Positions 1 through 11,944 of a stretch of DNA of 64,000 bases are shown here, piece after piece; position 1 is the first letter of the stretch, and every line of letters starts with the position of its first letter. Made by a program: the position numbers and the translations under genes. Origin of the DNA: Octopus vulgaris. Taxonomy: Eukaryota. The notes beneath the pieces are model-generated. The model had not been told where the DNA came from. It saw nothing but the letters and a program-made list of their open reading frames with translations, and did no database searches. The stretch is taken from contig OX597825.1 of the NCBI GenBank assembly GCA_951406725.2, positions 18,228,001-18,292,000 on the forward strand, in the 5' to 3' direction.

Positions 1-426
1 TATGATGTGCTAACTCTAACCAGGATCGAACCCGCAAATCAACTCTAACACGTCTCCTTGCGCATCCGATAGAGCCCAGCGCTCAGCCATCAATTTCCTC
101 CAAATTTAATGAATATTACTTAAACTGTCTAATACGACATATAATGTCTGTAAGCAAAACCAGAAAGGCTATCAGACCTTTATGTCGATCAAGTAGGCTA
201 TAGGGACGTAAACACACCGAAACTACGTGTTAAGGGTGGTAGGGGACAAATACAGCCACAGACACGCAAGTATGCACATACACATACAATACACACATAC
301 ATACACGCATACATATATTTTGACTATTGAGTAAATGTAACATATTATTTTATAGATAAATTTCCCCTATTTACATAATATTGAGGTCTCTTTCATTATT
401 TTGTTATCTTACCGTTTTTACCAATA

Positions 427-716
427 AGTAGCAGGATCATCAGAAAGAAGTCCGGCGTGAGAGATGTCATCGCAGAGTATACACGTCACCCGGCTCACCG
501 ATAATAGGTGGACGCACGCAGATGTCGAGTGGTACCCGCGTGAGCGGAGAAGACCACCCGGACGACATCCACGACGGTGGAATTACGATTTCAGAAGGAC
601 GATTGGGATCACGTGGATGAGAAAGGCGCGATCCAGAGAGGAGTGGACAGCGTGCTGTGACCAGCGGTGTCCAAGGGACGCCTGACGGACTGGTCGGTCA
701 AAGTGATCAAAGTGAA
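427..716 (+). mobile_element. RTE-clade LINE, 5'-truncated 3' end (RT C-terminal region plus tail)
   Basis: Translates SRIIRKKSGVRDVIAEY / HVTRLTDNRWTHADVEWYPRERRRPPGRHPRRW...TWMRKARSREEW, matching the RTE C-terminal pattern GHxxRxxDxRW...W.P...R..GRP..RW. Ends in a short tandem tail (tcaaagtga)x2 followed by (TA)n. Confidence 0.85.
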
Positions 717-718
717 AA

Positions 719-768
<50 letters not shown>

Positions 769-2501
769 GTATATGTACATGAATATATATACATACGAAG
801 GACTTTTTTAACTTTCAATCTCATAAACCATTTATAAGGCTTTCGTCGGCTCAAGGTCATGGCATAATATATATCCCTAATGTGTCACGCAATGGGATTG
901 ATCTCGGAAAAATGCGGTTGGGCAACAAACTTCTTGAGGGGTATAATGTATCGTCATATACATACTAAGTTTACTTGTGTAAAAGTCAAAACTAGATAGC
1001 AACGACAAAATATCTTTTCATTATTGGTTTGCCTAGCCATGTATCATCTCAGGCTGAGCAATAACAACAACAGCGTCAATATCAATGCAAATATTAAATG
1101 TAAATAATAATTGTTTGAGGCTATTTATCTACCAATATTTACAGATTCTTCATACATGCCAATAGGCATCATCCCAAGGCTATCGATTACAAACAGGATT
1201 TTAGATCTATTTCCGACATGTCATAAAGTTTCATGGATACAGAAATATATATATATATATATATATATACTAACTCTATATTTTCCAGGTCTGAAAAACA
1301 TTATAGGAATTGATATTTGCAATTATCGATTATTTCCAATTATTGATTACTCCTATTTGCACAAGATCAGACTCAATTTGGTTTAACTCTACTAAGTACT
1401 GTACAGCAGTTACTAAATCACTGATAGCACTGTCAAAATCATAGCCTATCTCGCCTGAATACAAATACAGATTAAATAAAATGTAATACATATAATTATA
1501 TACTTGATCCTTGATAACATGGAAAGGGGTTTCACATAGGGTTAAACAGGAATCAATTCCAAAGGTTTCCAGGAGATTGTGTTTGATTTATGTACTTTGT
1601 AATTATATATATATATATAAGAGATAGATAAATAGATTGATAGATAAGGCGATAGATACACAGACAAATAAATAGATAGATAGTTAGATACACACTCACA
1701 AACACACATATACATACACAAATTCATATATACACTCGGTTGAGGTCTAAGACATGGAATTTATACTAATCTCCCTTTAAAATTCTCCTTATTTCGCGCA
1801 ACGTTACGTACAAGCTCACTTGCTAGAAATAGCATACAAATGCATCTCCCATCACACACTAGAGTTGGAAAATGGTGAACACTTAGTTTTACGGTATCAC
1901 GGGTACATGATCACAATAAATGAAAGAAGGAAAATCATCTTCGTATAGAATAAGACTACTCAGTGAGTGACGACCAGAGATTGTAGAACTACGTTAATGA
2001 CTGTACGAGTAAATTATTCTACTTTCAAAACCACCCACTCTCAGTAACCTGCATTTTAATAATCATAACCACGTTTTAGTACTTCTGCCTGGCCCTTAAA
2101 CGTCCATATTTGTTTTCAAATAGTGCTACGTATCATATGCATATTTACCAATATTTCTTCTATAATACAATGATCATTTCTACTAAAGGTAGAAGGCCTG
2201 AAATTCTAGGAGAGGTAACTAGTCAATTACATCGACCCCAGTGTTTCACTGCTGCTCAATTTATACACAGAGCAACCAAGCGATTTAGGGATCCCCCTCT
2301 TTTAGATCCATATTTCGTAACTAAAATATATTGAACGTTAATTTCATTCAATATATTTATGTACCAGTAATGAAATTCTTTTGCGAATAGCAACAGAGCG
2401 CTTTGCATTTCAAACAGAATTATGTACATATACCTTTACATATATACATACACACACACACTCTCACAAAAGCACAAACACACACATACACATAAATACA
2501 C

Positions 2502-2556
<55 letters not shown>

Positions 2557-3279
2557 TATATTCCTGTATATATATATATATGATTTGGTATGTCTTGATA
2601 AGAAATCAATACATTTTCATTAGTAGGTAATAAAAAATATCAACACAGACCAAAAATGACTGGCAAATATCCATATCGATTACTGCCATTTTTTGGTGTT
2701 TCTCTCTATTATAAACATATTGCAAACTGCATCAGTTTCTATCTCCCCTTAATAATGGCCAATTTCATACTTAGGTAAGGCTACACACGTCTGTCGTTAG
2801 TTTCTCAGCAGATCTAGATATAAAAAAAAATGGTCTAAAACTTTAAATTGTGTAAACAGTTGTAAAAAAAACTCTTAGGCTTTCATTAGAAAAGTAGAAT
2901 GTGTTTCAACTAATTTCGTTTTAGAGCAATGATGGTTGTATATCTAATATGCAGTCTATTTTTTCTTCTGTCTAACATTGTTATAAACTCATATTTATCG
3001 TTAAGCAAATGGTATAATTTCTATGATGCAGAGAGATAAAATATATATTTCAAGCTAGTTAGAGGAATATGAAACATACAGAATATAATAAAGGATAAGA
3101 CTAAATTGCTCTAAGAGTATTAAGTCAACCGTTGCGCATTTTTGACGAGAGCATTATATATTCTGCGTACACCACTTGTGAAATATGTTTGCTTAACGTT
3201 AGTTAATCAAACACAAACACACACACACACACACACAGCACAGCACATACACATACATAAACACACACGCATATATATA

Positions 3280-4462
3280 CAGGGTGCGTAAGGTATTTAA
3301 GAACATACCGTTTTGGGGTCGTTACTGCATTTTGTGCTATCTCTGTATAATCTTCGATTCAGAAAATGATAATAGCAGACACTCAGCTTACTCAAGAAAT
3401 GACAAGGCATGCTGTTATTGTGGTTATAAATCTGAGCATAGTGATTTAGAAATATCTTCATTTTTAAAGTTGCCAGAGCTTTCGTGTACAAAGTTTTGAA
3501 GGAGCTTGAGACTGAAGAATAATATGTATCACCAGCATCAAAGCTTATAAAGTATTCGAAACGCTCTGAATTCATCAGAACCCCTGAATACATCCAAGTT
3601 CACCAGACCATGGATTACAATCTCAGAAAGTACATGGGGTCCATTGTCAGAAGAGACTGTCAGAAATGCTGTCCACGAAGACATCAGATATATGTCTTAT
3701 ATCTGATGAGGAAAGGCCAATTTGTTAGAAAAAGCAAAAGAAAAATCACTACATTAGAGCTAAAATGCTCTTAAATCAACTGAAAAATCCAACAGAAGAA
3801 GATTTGATTTGGTTTTTTCTCAAATGAAAAAGAAAATACTGCGACCAAGATCGAAAAGCTAATAGAAGAAATGACAGATGATTATGTGTAGACCCTCCAG
3901 AACTTTCGAGTGTTATGCATAGAAAATAACCTGCAACTATCATGGTTTCAGGGGTTGTCAGCAATGAAGGACATGTGATGCCGCCTTATTTCTTTCCACA
4001 GAGACTTAGATTTAACTCTCCCGCCTACACCGAGGTCCTTGAAGTAATAGTTAAGTCCTGGATAGACAGTGTATGCAACGGAAGGCCATTTGTGTTTCAG
4101 CAAATCTTTACCCTATCACAAATGGCTCTAGTAGAACAGGAAGGATGGCTGAAAATGTTTATGATCACATAGCCCCTAACATTTGGCCTCTAATTCCTCA
4201 GATCTCAATCCATAAGACTATTACCTGTGAAACGTTGTTGAGATGCCATAGCATCTTGATTGGACCACTTGATTGGAGCATGTAGATGATTGAGATCTGA
4301 TATAGAAACAGTTGTTAAAAGTGAAGGTAGCTTTATTGAATAACATTTTAGAAAAGAAGGTGTAGTTTAATCCTCAAAACATTTGTTGGTAACTAATGTC
4401 ATTTGTTATTATATATGTTTTTTATAAACATAAATCTGCTCTCAAATATCTTACGCAGCCTA
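3280..4462 (+). mobile_element. Decayed TIR-to-TIR Tc1/mariner-superfamily element, maT/DD37D-like
   Basis: Left end TA|cagggtgcgtaaggtatttaag (3280) and right end ctcaaatatcttacgcagccta (4441-4462) are imperfect inverted repeats. Internal frameshifted transposase motifs are present. Confidence 0.85.
3365..4245 (+). pseudogene. maT/DD37D-type transposase pseudogene
   Basis: Motifs across frames: LIWFFSNEK (FSDEK-like), MVSGVVSNEGHVMPPYFFPQRLRFNSPAYTEVLEVIVKSWID...RPFVFQQ, ENVYDHIAPNIWP, and a PDLNP*DYY-like motif. Many stops and frameshifts. Confidence 0.85.
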
Positions 4463-4508
4463 TTTATATACATATATACATACACACACACATATGTAAA
4501 TATATGTT

Positions 4509-4541
4509 TGTGTGTGTGTGTGTGTGTATGTGTGTGTGTGT

Positions 4542-4620
<79 letters not shown>
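4509..4620. repeat. (TG)n microsatellite
   Basis: About 110 bp of nearly pure TG. Confidence 0.97.
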
Positions 4621-4624
<4 letters not shown>

Positions 4625-4959
4625 GAAGTGTGCATATTTTGACAGACTTTTTGTATTGTGTTTCAAGACTCTGTTCTATAGAAGTTTCTGAAATATACAC
4701 AAACACTCTAGTCTCACATGTGATATAAATGTTTATGTTTAATCGAGCTTTCCAGCAATTGTCACTTTATCTATATGAGATATAATCTCCCCAAATTTTA
4801 TGTTAGTTTAGAAAGGGCCTTGAACAAAAATGTTCGCACAGAAATCCCTTTTTTTAAACATTCTGCCGATGAAATTGAAATAAGAATCTTACATTCACAC
4901 AGACAAACGCGCATAGTCATATATACGTAAATACATACACACACACACACACACACATT

Positions 4960-5012
<53 letters not shown>

Positions 5013-5979
5013 ATGAACATATACATACATGTATACTCATATATGTATATATGTATAAATATAAATATATTTATACGTATATCTATATATATATATATAA
5101 ATATATGCATATAGACACACGCTTACACACAAAGACACACATGCTCTCATATATAATACACGCACGTATATACACATATATTTTAACATACACAGTCATA
5201 AGTATACATACACACGCATCAAAGACACCAATACAGAATGAACAAATGTTTGGCGGAATCAGTTTGGTAATGTACACCTTATTCTCCCCAAGTAACCCTT
5301 GTATATTTACTTGGTTTTGGTTCCCAAGATCATTTTTTTTCCTATTCTAATTTTTTTCCCTACCTGAAGACTATTCAACAGCAAATCCTATTTACGTAGC
5401 AAATAACAAAAGATAGAAAAAGAAATACAAAAATATGAACCCTTTTCTGCTCTAGTTATGTCGTCTGACATATTCCAACTTTCCACATAAAAATATAACA
5501 ATATAAATTTTAAATAAAATGCACGTTTTTTTTTATGGCTCTCTCGTACAACATGGCTTCTTGTTATTCCAAGTTGTTTCATTAATAAATATGGAAATAT
5601 CAACATAAAAATTTATATTGATATAAATTTGTATTGAGTACAGTGGTAGAATATTTTTTATGGAGATTTCTCTAATCGTTCAAACAAATCTGGAAATAAC
5701 ACTAATGGAGGAATTCCATCATTATATTTGCAAGCGTATAGAAAACTGATTACAATATAGTGCAATATGATAAAGAAAATATATTGTTTGATATACTATC
5801 ATTGTAACTATTCAAATTCGCAATTTGCTTCGAAGAAGTCGTAGTAAATCTGTAACGATATACAATTTTGTAAAGCACAACAGAAATAAACTTAGTAACA
5901 GTGAAATGCTTAATATTAACCCACCCACGCTTTATGTCTGTTTTTGTTTTGTCAAACCCCTTGAGGCAAATGAATGGAA

Positions 5980-5988
5980 TCATCATCA

Positions 5989-6035
<47 letters not shown>

Positions 6036-6081
6036 AATAATAATAATAATAATAATACAATTAATAATGATGATGATGATG

Positions 6082-6112
<31 letters not shown>

Positions 6113-6128
6113 CATAATAATGATGATG

Positions 6129-6181
<53 letters not shown>
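5980..6181. repeat. Compound (ATC/ATT)n-(AAT/GAT)n trinucleotide microsatellite
   Basis: Direct reading of the sequence. Confidence 0.95.
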
Positions 6182-6182
<1 letters not shown>

Positions 6183-6209
6183 GCATTATAAAACACGTGT
6201 TGATCTCAC

Positions 6210-6552
6210 AATTTAGGTGGAGCACATGGAAGCGGGAGATCCATGAAGAAATTAAATGAAGTGCAGAAGAAAGACCTCAGGACTATGAAACCTTAAGGCA
6301 AGAGGAAAAACGACTGAGATACCCTGACGCTTTGCTGTACTCAAGAAGACCCGTGATCCACAACAGATTTGTTAAGACCGGTCCCTCTGGTGATGAAAGG
6401 CACTTGTGGAGGTGCCCCGTAAAAGCACCCAGCACGCTATGTAGAATGTCAAATCAGCCTGGCGTCTAGTATAGCACCCCAGCTTGCCAGCTCAAACCAG
6501 CCAACCCTTACCAGCATGGGCAACAGACGCTAAATGATGATGATGATGACGA
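6210..6552 (+). mobile_element. RTE-like LINE 3' fragment with 3' UTR and (GAT)n tail
   Basis: Degenerate GGAHGSGRSMKKLNEVQKKDLRTM...RFAVLKKTR resembles the RTE terminal GxxxRGRPRKTWxEVVxxDL...WRxAVxxKTR. It is followed by a UTR ending ccagcatgggcaacagacgctaaatgatgatgat. Confidence 0.7.
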
Positions 6553-6646
6553 TAATATATGCATGTATATATATATATGTAGATAGATAGATATACATAT
6601 ATATACGTATACATCTATATATATATACGTATATATATACATACAT

Positions 6647-6678
<32 letters not shown>

Positions 6679-6801
6679 GATATATATAATATATATGTAT
6701 GTATATATATAGATATATGTATGTATATATCTATAAATATATATATATATATATACATAAATATATATATTTATATATATATATATATGAATGTATATAT
6801 G

Positions 6802-6863
<62 letters not shown>

Positions 6864-6869
6864 TGTATA

Positions 6870-7535
6870 TACGATTACAATTATATTGTTCCTAACGATA
6901 GTTTCGACCCATCCTGTATTTCTCGGTGGTGGGTACTGCATCTCCCGTTTCGGAAACTCTCAGAAAGTGATACTATTAAGAGTATCTTGTTAGATAAACT
7001 CTTTCACGCTCGGTTTTAATACACCAGGATCTTAGTGACCATAGGTTTAAACCATTGGGTAGGAATGATGTGCGACGCATTCCATTGTGATGTTATGGAC
7101 AACGACTGAGATTAATAAGTATGAAACAATTTTTTATTACTCTCTGCTTTGTCTATAAAGTCTCAACGGAATGTATCCCTCGCTCCCCTTCCCATCGGCT
7201 TAAACATATGGTCTCTAACAACATGCTATATTAAATACTAGTGAACCAGGGTTTATTTAGTGGGATTCCTCTTATGACATCAGTTGACATACGCTTGTGC
7301 ACCGAGTGATGCACCACAACCGCATGTAAAATATACCACTCCCAAGGGATCGATCAAGGATGGGTCGAAATGATCGCTGTCAGCAATGACGTTTCTCGTA
7401 TATCTCATTCTCCGCCTCCATCAATTGTAATATACTCAGATGAAGTCCATACCATTGTGGAAATACTGTGAATGACGCTAGGTAGCTATAGGATTCATTG
7501 GCTTCATCGGTTTACAACCATGAATATTACAAAGA
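6870..7535. mobile_element. Degenerate foldback element, probably PLE-derived, between two (TA)n tracts
   Basis: Inverted matches: tttcgacccatcct (6902) / aggatgggtcgaaa (7357), and gaccataggtttaaaccattggg (7037) / cccatcggcttaaacatatggtc (7191). Eroded GAAA-stem III motifs. Confidence 0.45.
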
Positions 7536-7549
7536 CTTACATATATATG

Positions 7550-7612
<63 letters not shown>

Positions 7613-7613
<1 letters not shown>

Positions 7614-7883
7614 TTTATTTAAAGCAGCAGAAAATTCAACAAAACCTGTTACTCTGAGTTTCACGTTGCCGTTCGTCGGACAGTATTTGCTAGAATATTC
7701 TAGAAAAAAATTTTTATTTTTTTCTAGAATATTCTAGCAAAAATTGTCCGACGAACGGCAACGTAGAAGTCAGAGTAACAGGTTTTGTTGAATTTTCTGC
7801 TGCTTTAAATAAAGCATATTACTCTACCACTGGTATTTGTGTACTCTTTTTTCCAACTTGTTTCACATTTATGTGTTTACTCC

Positions 7884-7885
<2 letters not shown>
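7613..7885. mobile_element. PLE-type foldback element (202-bp palindrome 7613-7814 plus unpaired right extension) in (TA)n
   Basis: Near-perfect inverted arms ctttatttaaagcagcag...tctagaaaaaaa / ttttttctaga...ctgctgctttaaataaag. Hammerhead-like motif in each arm, (TA)n on both flanks. Confidence 0.8.
7646..7683 (-). ncRNA. Minimal type I hammerhead ribozyme, U4C core variant
   Basis: Minus strand: ctgt-CCGACGA-acg(gcaa)cgt-GAAA-ctc(a)gag-TA-acag. Stem I ctgt/acag, GNRA-capped stem II, quasi-palindromic stem III, GUA cleavage triplet. Confidence 0.7.
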
Positions 7886-7933
<48 letters not shown>

Positions 7934-8474
7934 TGTTTCGATGTGATGTACAGGTATTATATATTAGAAGAAACCTGTAGAATCTAGCAGAGTAGATGTA
8001 AGCGCTTACATATAATTTATAAAAACATGTGACGTATTAATAAAAATATGTAAATATAAACTCATCCAGATTTCTGAGTACCTTATTTCTTATATATATT
8101 ATATATAGGTATGTTGGTTACGTGTACGTATGTTTGTGTATGCGCAATTGTGTATCTGAATATAACTGTGCACGTATGAGTATGTGCATGTGAGTGTTTG
8201 TGCGTGCGCATGTGTGAGTTTCATGGGAGCTAGACTGAGCATATGCATATAGTCAAATGCACATTGGTATGCTTGCGCGTATGTGTATGTATGTACATGC
8301 GCGCACACGCGATTGCTTTGAGCTTTCTTACTCCTTTACATTTCTCTTTTTACTTGCTTCCCTTCGTTTTTTTTCCTTGGTTAAGGGTCATTCTAATATT
8401 TCTTTTGTCTTAATAACGGTTATTTTCATAGTAATTTCTCTTTGTTTAACAGTCATTTTCATAGCATATCTTAA

Positions 8475-8548
8475 TTGCCTCGATAACTGAAGAGATGCCG
8501 GTGCAGGTTCCACACCGACAACCGAAACTCGGAGTTTTATCATGGCAA
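8475..8548 (+). ncRNA. Type I hammerhead ribozyme with canonical core (PLE-type)
   Basis: ttgcc-tc-gataa-CTGAAGA(8487-93)-gatgccggtg(caggttcca)caccgacaacc-GAAA(8524-27)-ctc(g)gag-TT-ttatc-at-ggcaa. Stem I is 5+5 bp with an internal loop, stem II centres on cggtg/caccg, predicted cleavage after 8536 (GUU). Confidence 0.8.
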
Positions 8549-8670
8549 CCGAATAATTGACACATATTACATTACAATTATATATATATATATATATATA
8601 CATGCATACCTAAATATGTACGTATATGTATATATAGATATATATACATATAAATATACACACATACATG

Positions 8671-8717
<47 letters not shown>

Positions 8718-9468
8718 CTACACACATCTATATATATGTGTGTGTGTGAGTATGTATGTATGTATGTCTTGATCTTATTATAATGTAACCTGTTTTTTTG
8801 TTTGTTTATTAATTTTCTGCATAGATCAAATGGATTGCATATGGATTAATTTTTTTCATATTTCTGTTTTCATATATTTGTATCATTATCGATAACTATG
8901 TTTGACATATTGTAAATTTGGTGTTAAGTGCATCTGGAGATCTTCGCTAGCAATCAGAATGCCATCAAAGTAAACTGTTTTTCATTTGTTTGAGAAAAAC
9001 TACACCAGTGTCAAAAATACACTATCTACATTAATACATTAAAATTGCATATATTTTCTCGAATGAGCTTCACTCTTAGTACTGCTTATGATTTCAGGGC
9101 AAATGAAGTGCTCAGTGTCAAAGGCTGTAGCATTCTGTTAGATTATCTGAGCAGCAAACTCGGATATTAGTAACTCTGAAACACGTAAATTATGAAACAC
9201 TTCATTGTGAATCATATAATTTACTGAATAAGTATCATATTCTTATATCTCGTTAATTAAAATTGATTAGAGAAAATGTATTCTTAAAAGGTAACTAGTA
9301 TTTTGAATAATTCCGTACTTGTGAATACATGTTACGTTGTATTTTATGTATAGTTTTAGACTAAGGTGTGTATACGAAATAAAAATACTTACTATTTAAT
9401 TCACCCGATAGAATATTAATATCTATTTTTGTTAGTTTTCCGGAAAGATATTTTAATTCAGCAAATTT

Positions 9469-9500
9469 ACTTACCTGCAAAGAAAGAAAAGAAAAAAACA
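9469..9500 (-). promoter_or_regulatory. Candidate recursive splice site (3' acceptor abutting a 5' donor)
   Basis: Minus strand reads tgtttttttcttttctttctttgCAG|GTAAGT, junction at 9475/9474. Confidence 0.5.
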
Positions 9501-9916
9501 TAAATATATAAAATGACAATTGATAAAGGGATTAATATATACATAGATGAAAAGATGCATAAATAAACGTATAATTAATTTGGTAGTTAGTTATATAATT
9601 TTATAGATACATAAACACTAACGACATCGACATTCCAACAGTAGTAAAAACATGATAGTGAATATAATACAGAAATGCATTGCGATGCTATTGGCTGACG
9701 GTTTTCCTCGGATATTTCAATAAAATTGAGTGTTATTTGTATTTGAATTCCATCTGGTGAAGCAGGCCTTTATCATCTAATATATTTCGAATATATTTCT
9801 GATTGAAAATCACAAATTATCAATCGCAGAAATGATTGCAACGGATGCGAAATCAATAAGTTTTACGAAATAACAACATCATGTTTTACCTCTTATTCTC
9901 GCATTCTATTTATATT

Positions 9917-9967
<51 letters not shown>

Positions 9968-10097
9968 ACTGGAAACAGCAACGCCACCAGAGCTTGCGTG
10001 GAAACTATGTGCATGCTTTCAAGGGAGATAATCAGAGAAAGACTTGAAAGAACTAAAGATCGTAATACTTCATGTAAAGAAAATAAATGTAAAAAAT

Positions 10098-10285
10098 AAT
10101 CCAGAATCCTTGTCCAGTACCGAATCGATCCCAAAATCTAATCAGTTCGTGCCAGTCACAGGACTACATATCCCTGAAAGTTTCATCTGAATCCATCCAG
10201 TGCTTCTTGAGATATCATGTCCACGGTGACACAAACAATAAAACACGACTGAAAACAATAAACATATACTGAAGTAGGGGTGGGC
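10098..10285 (+). mobile_element. Helentron-associated (HINE-like) non-autonomous element fragment
   Basis: Contains aaagtttcatctgaatccatccagtgcttcttgagatatc...gaaaacaata, resembling the core block of molluscan HINE-like repeats (recognised from memory). Confidence 0.45.
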
Positions 10286-10734
10286 CAAGAAAAAGCTGCA
10301 ACAATCGCAAAGTCACCTGATGTATATTTTTTAAATAAGTTTGGTGAGTGATCCTCAGATTATACGCAGAATCTTTTCTTCTTAGTCATCACAAAGTTTT
10401 TGATATTTGCAGTCATATATAACCATGTATAATGTCATCTGATTTGTGTTAAAAATAGCCAGCATAACATAACCCGAGGCAAATATAAGTAAATGAAGTA
10501 TCTTACGAAGCGACAAAATTCTTATAACTGGAAAATTTACGACAATGTTTAAGACATTGATGGAAAACAAAAATTAAAGACTTAGAATATTTAAAGAACG
10601 CATTTCCTGAAAATCGTGGAATTGTTGACCATATGAATATCAGTATATAGCTACTAATACTCAATGGTGTAAAAGCAAATGCATCCATGATCGATCTCAT
10701 CTATTTTTTCCTTACGGCATTTGATGAAAGATGT

Positions 10735-11151
10735 GATCTTTTCGGTTTGAACAGCCGTTTTTTTAAATAATTTCCACGTAACTAAACACTTTTAAACTTC
10801 GTATTCTTGTAGAATGTGTTTATAAAACATCTTTTTCTCTTGACTTTATTGAGAAAATTCTATAGTTTGTAAGATATTTGTTGTTTTCTTTTTCTTCAAT
10901 TTCTGCAATTTCAACCAATCAATGACGTCTATTTGAGGTGAACACATTTTGTGCCGTATGAATATGTCCCTCGTTTAAGAAACAGATTGGATTTATTTAC
11001 ATTTCTGAGGAAAAAAGATACCCTTCCCCCCACCCCTAACCCTAACACTAAAACAGATTGAAATGCAATAGATCGATACCAGGGTCATAATTATGGGTGA
11101 CAATTTCCTACGACACCGCTAGAAAAACTGCCGTTCAAACCGAAAAGATCC
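10735..11151. mobile_element. MITE with about 28-bp TIRs and an 8-9 bp TSD
   Basis: TIRs gatcttttcggtttgaacagccgttttt / aaaaactgccgttcaaaccgaaaagatc. Flanks gaaagatgt (10726-34) and gaaatatgt (11152-60). Internal ccctaaccctaac. Confidence 0.85.
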
Positions 11152-11613
11152 GAAATATGTATCCAGAGCTGAAATCGATTGTTCCATAACCAAAAATATT
11201 GTGTCTTGTGCTTTGCATTAGAAATCAGATTTTAAAGCTATGTGTTCGTGTACATGCTGTTTTTCTAATTTTTTCTCCTTGTAGAATCTATTTATCTATT
11301 AACGGACACGATGAGGAAGATGTTATAAAAATAAGTTGAGAAGAGGTTCGGTGGATTAAATCTGGAGTTATGATATATAACTAATAGAAAATAATGTTCC
11401 CGACTCTCTTATAAAACATGGTATGCTGTTCAAATCAATGCAAAATTCTATCAGTGAACACCTTTGAAGATAGCTTTGCAATTAATGAAGCCTGGAAACT
11501 TGCAATTTGATATACAGCACATAGATAAGCATATAAAACGCAACACATAGACATACACATACGCATACATATGCCAGACGTTCGAATGAATTTATCTTTC
11601 CTTCTCCCTCAAG

Positions 11614-11649
<36 letters not shown>

Positions 11650-11754
11650 TGATGAGCAATCTGCACGAAAGATTTGTTTATAGTGATCAAATGTATGATG
11701 CTATACATATTATCACGCCCTCCTTCCGTCATATCGATATCGCCTAAATAAGTC

Positions 11755-11872
11755 AATGAAGAGTAACCTGAAGTGAAGTGTTCTGTCGAAGAGCACATTG
11801 CACCATCCGTCCAGGAGTTGAAACTACGATCTCACGTGCCTCAATTCAAGATCCTGGCCATTACGCCATACA
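11755..11872 (-). mobile_element. tRNA-derived SINE head fragment (family C-related)
   Basis: Degenerate match to the head of the 28714 copy (A-box-like tggccaggatc region, B-box-like gtttcaactcc). Confidence 0.5.
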
Positions 11873-11895
11873 CACTAGTTCATATGTGCGTGCGC

Positions 11896-11944
<49 letters not shown>

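Noticed and set aside
11030-11050. ccctaaccctaac as an interstitial telomere
   Set aside because: Only two units, internal to a MITE.
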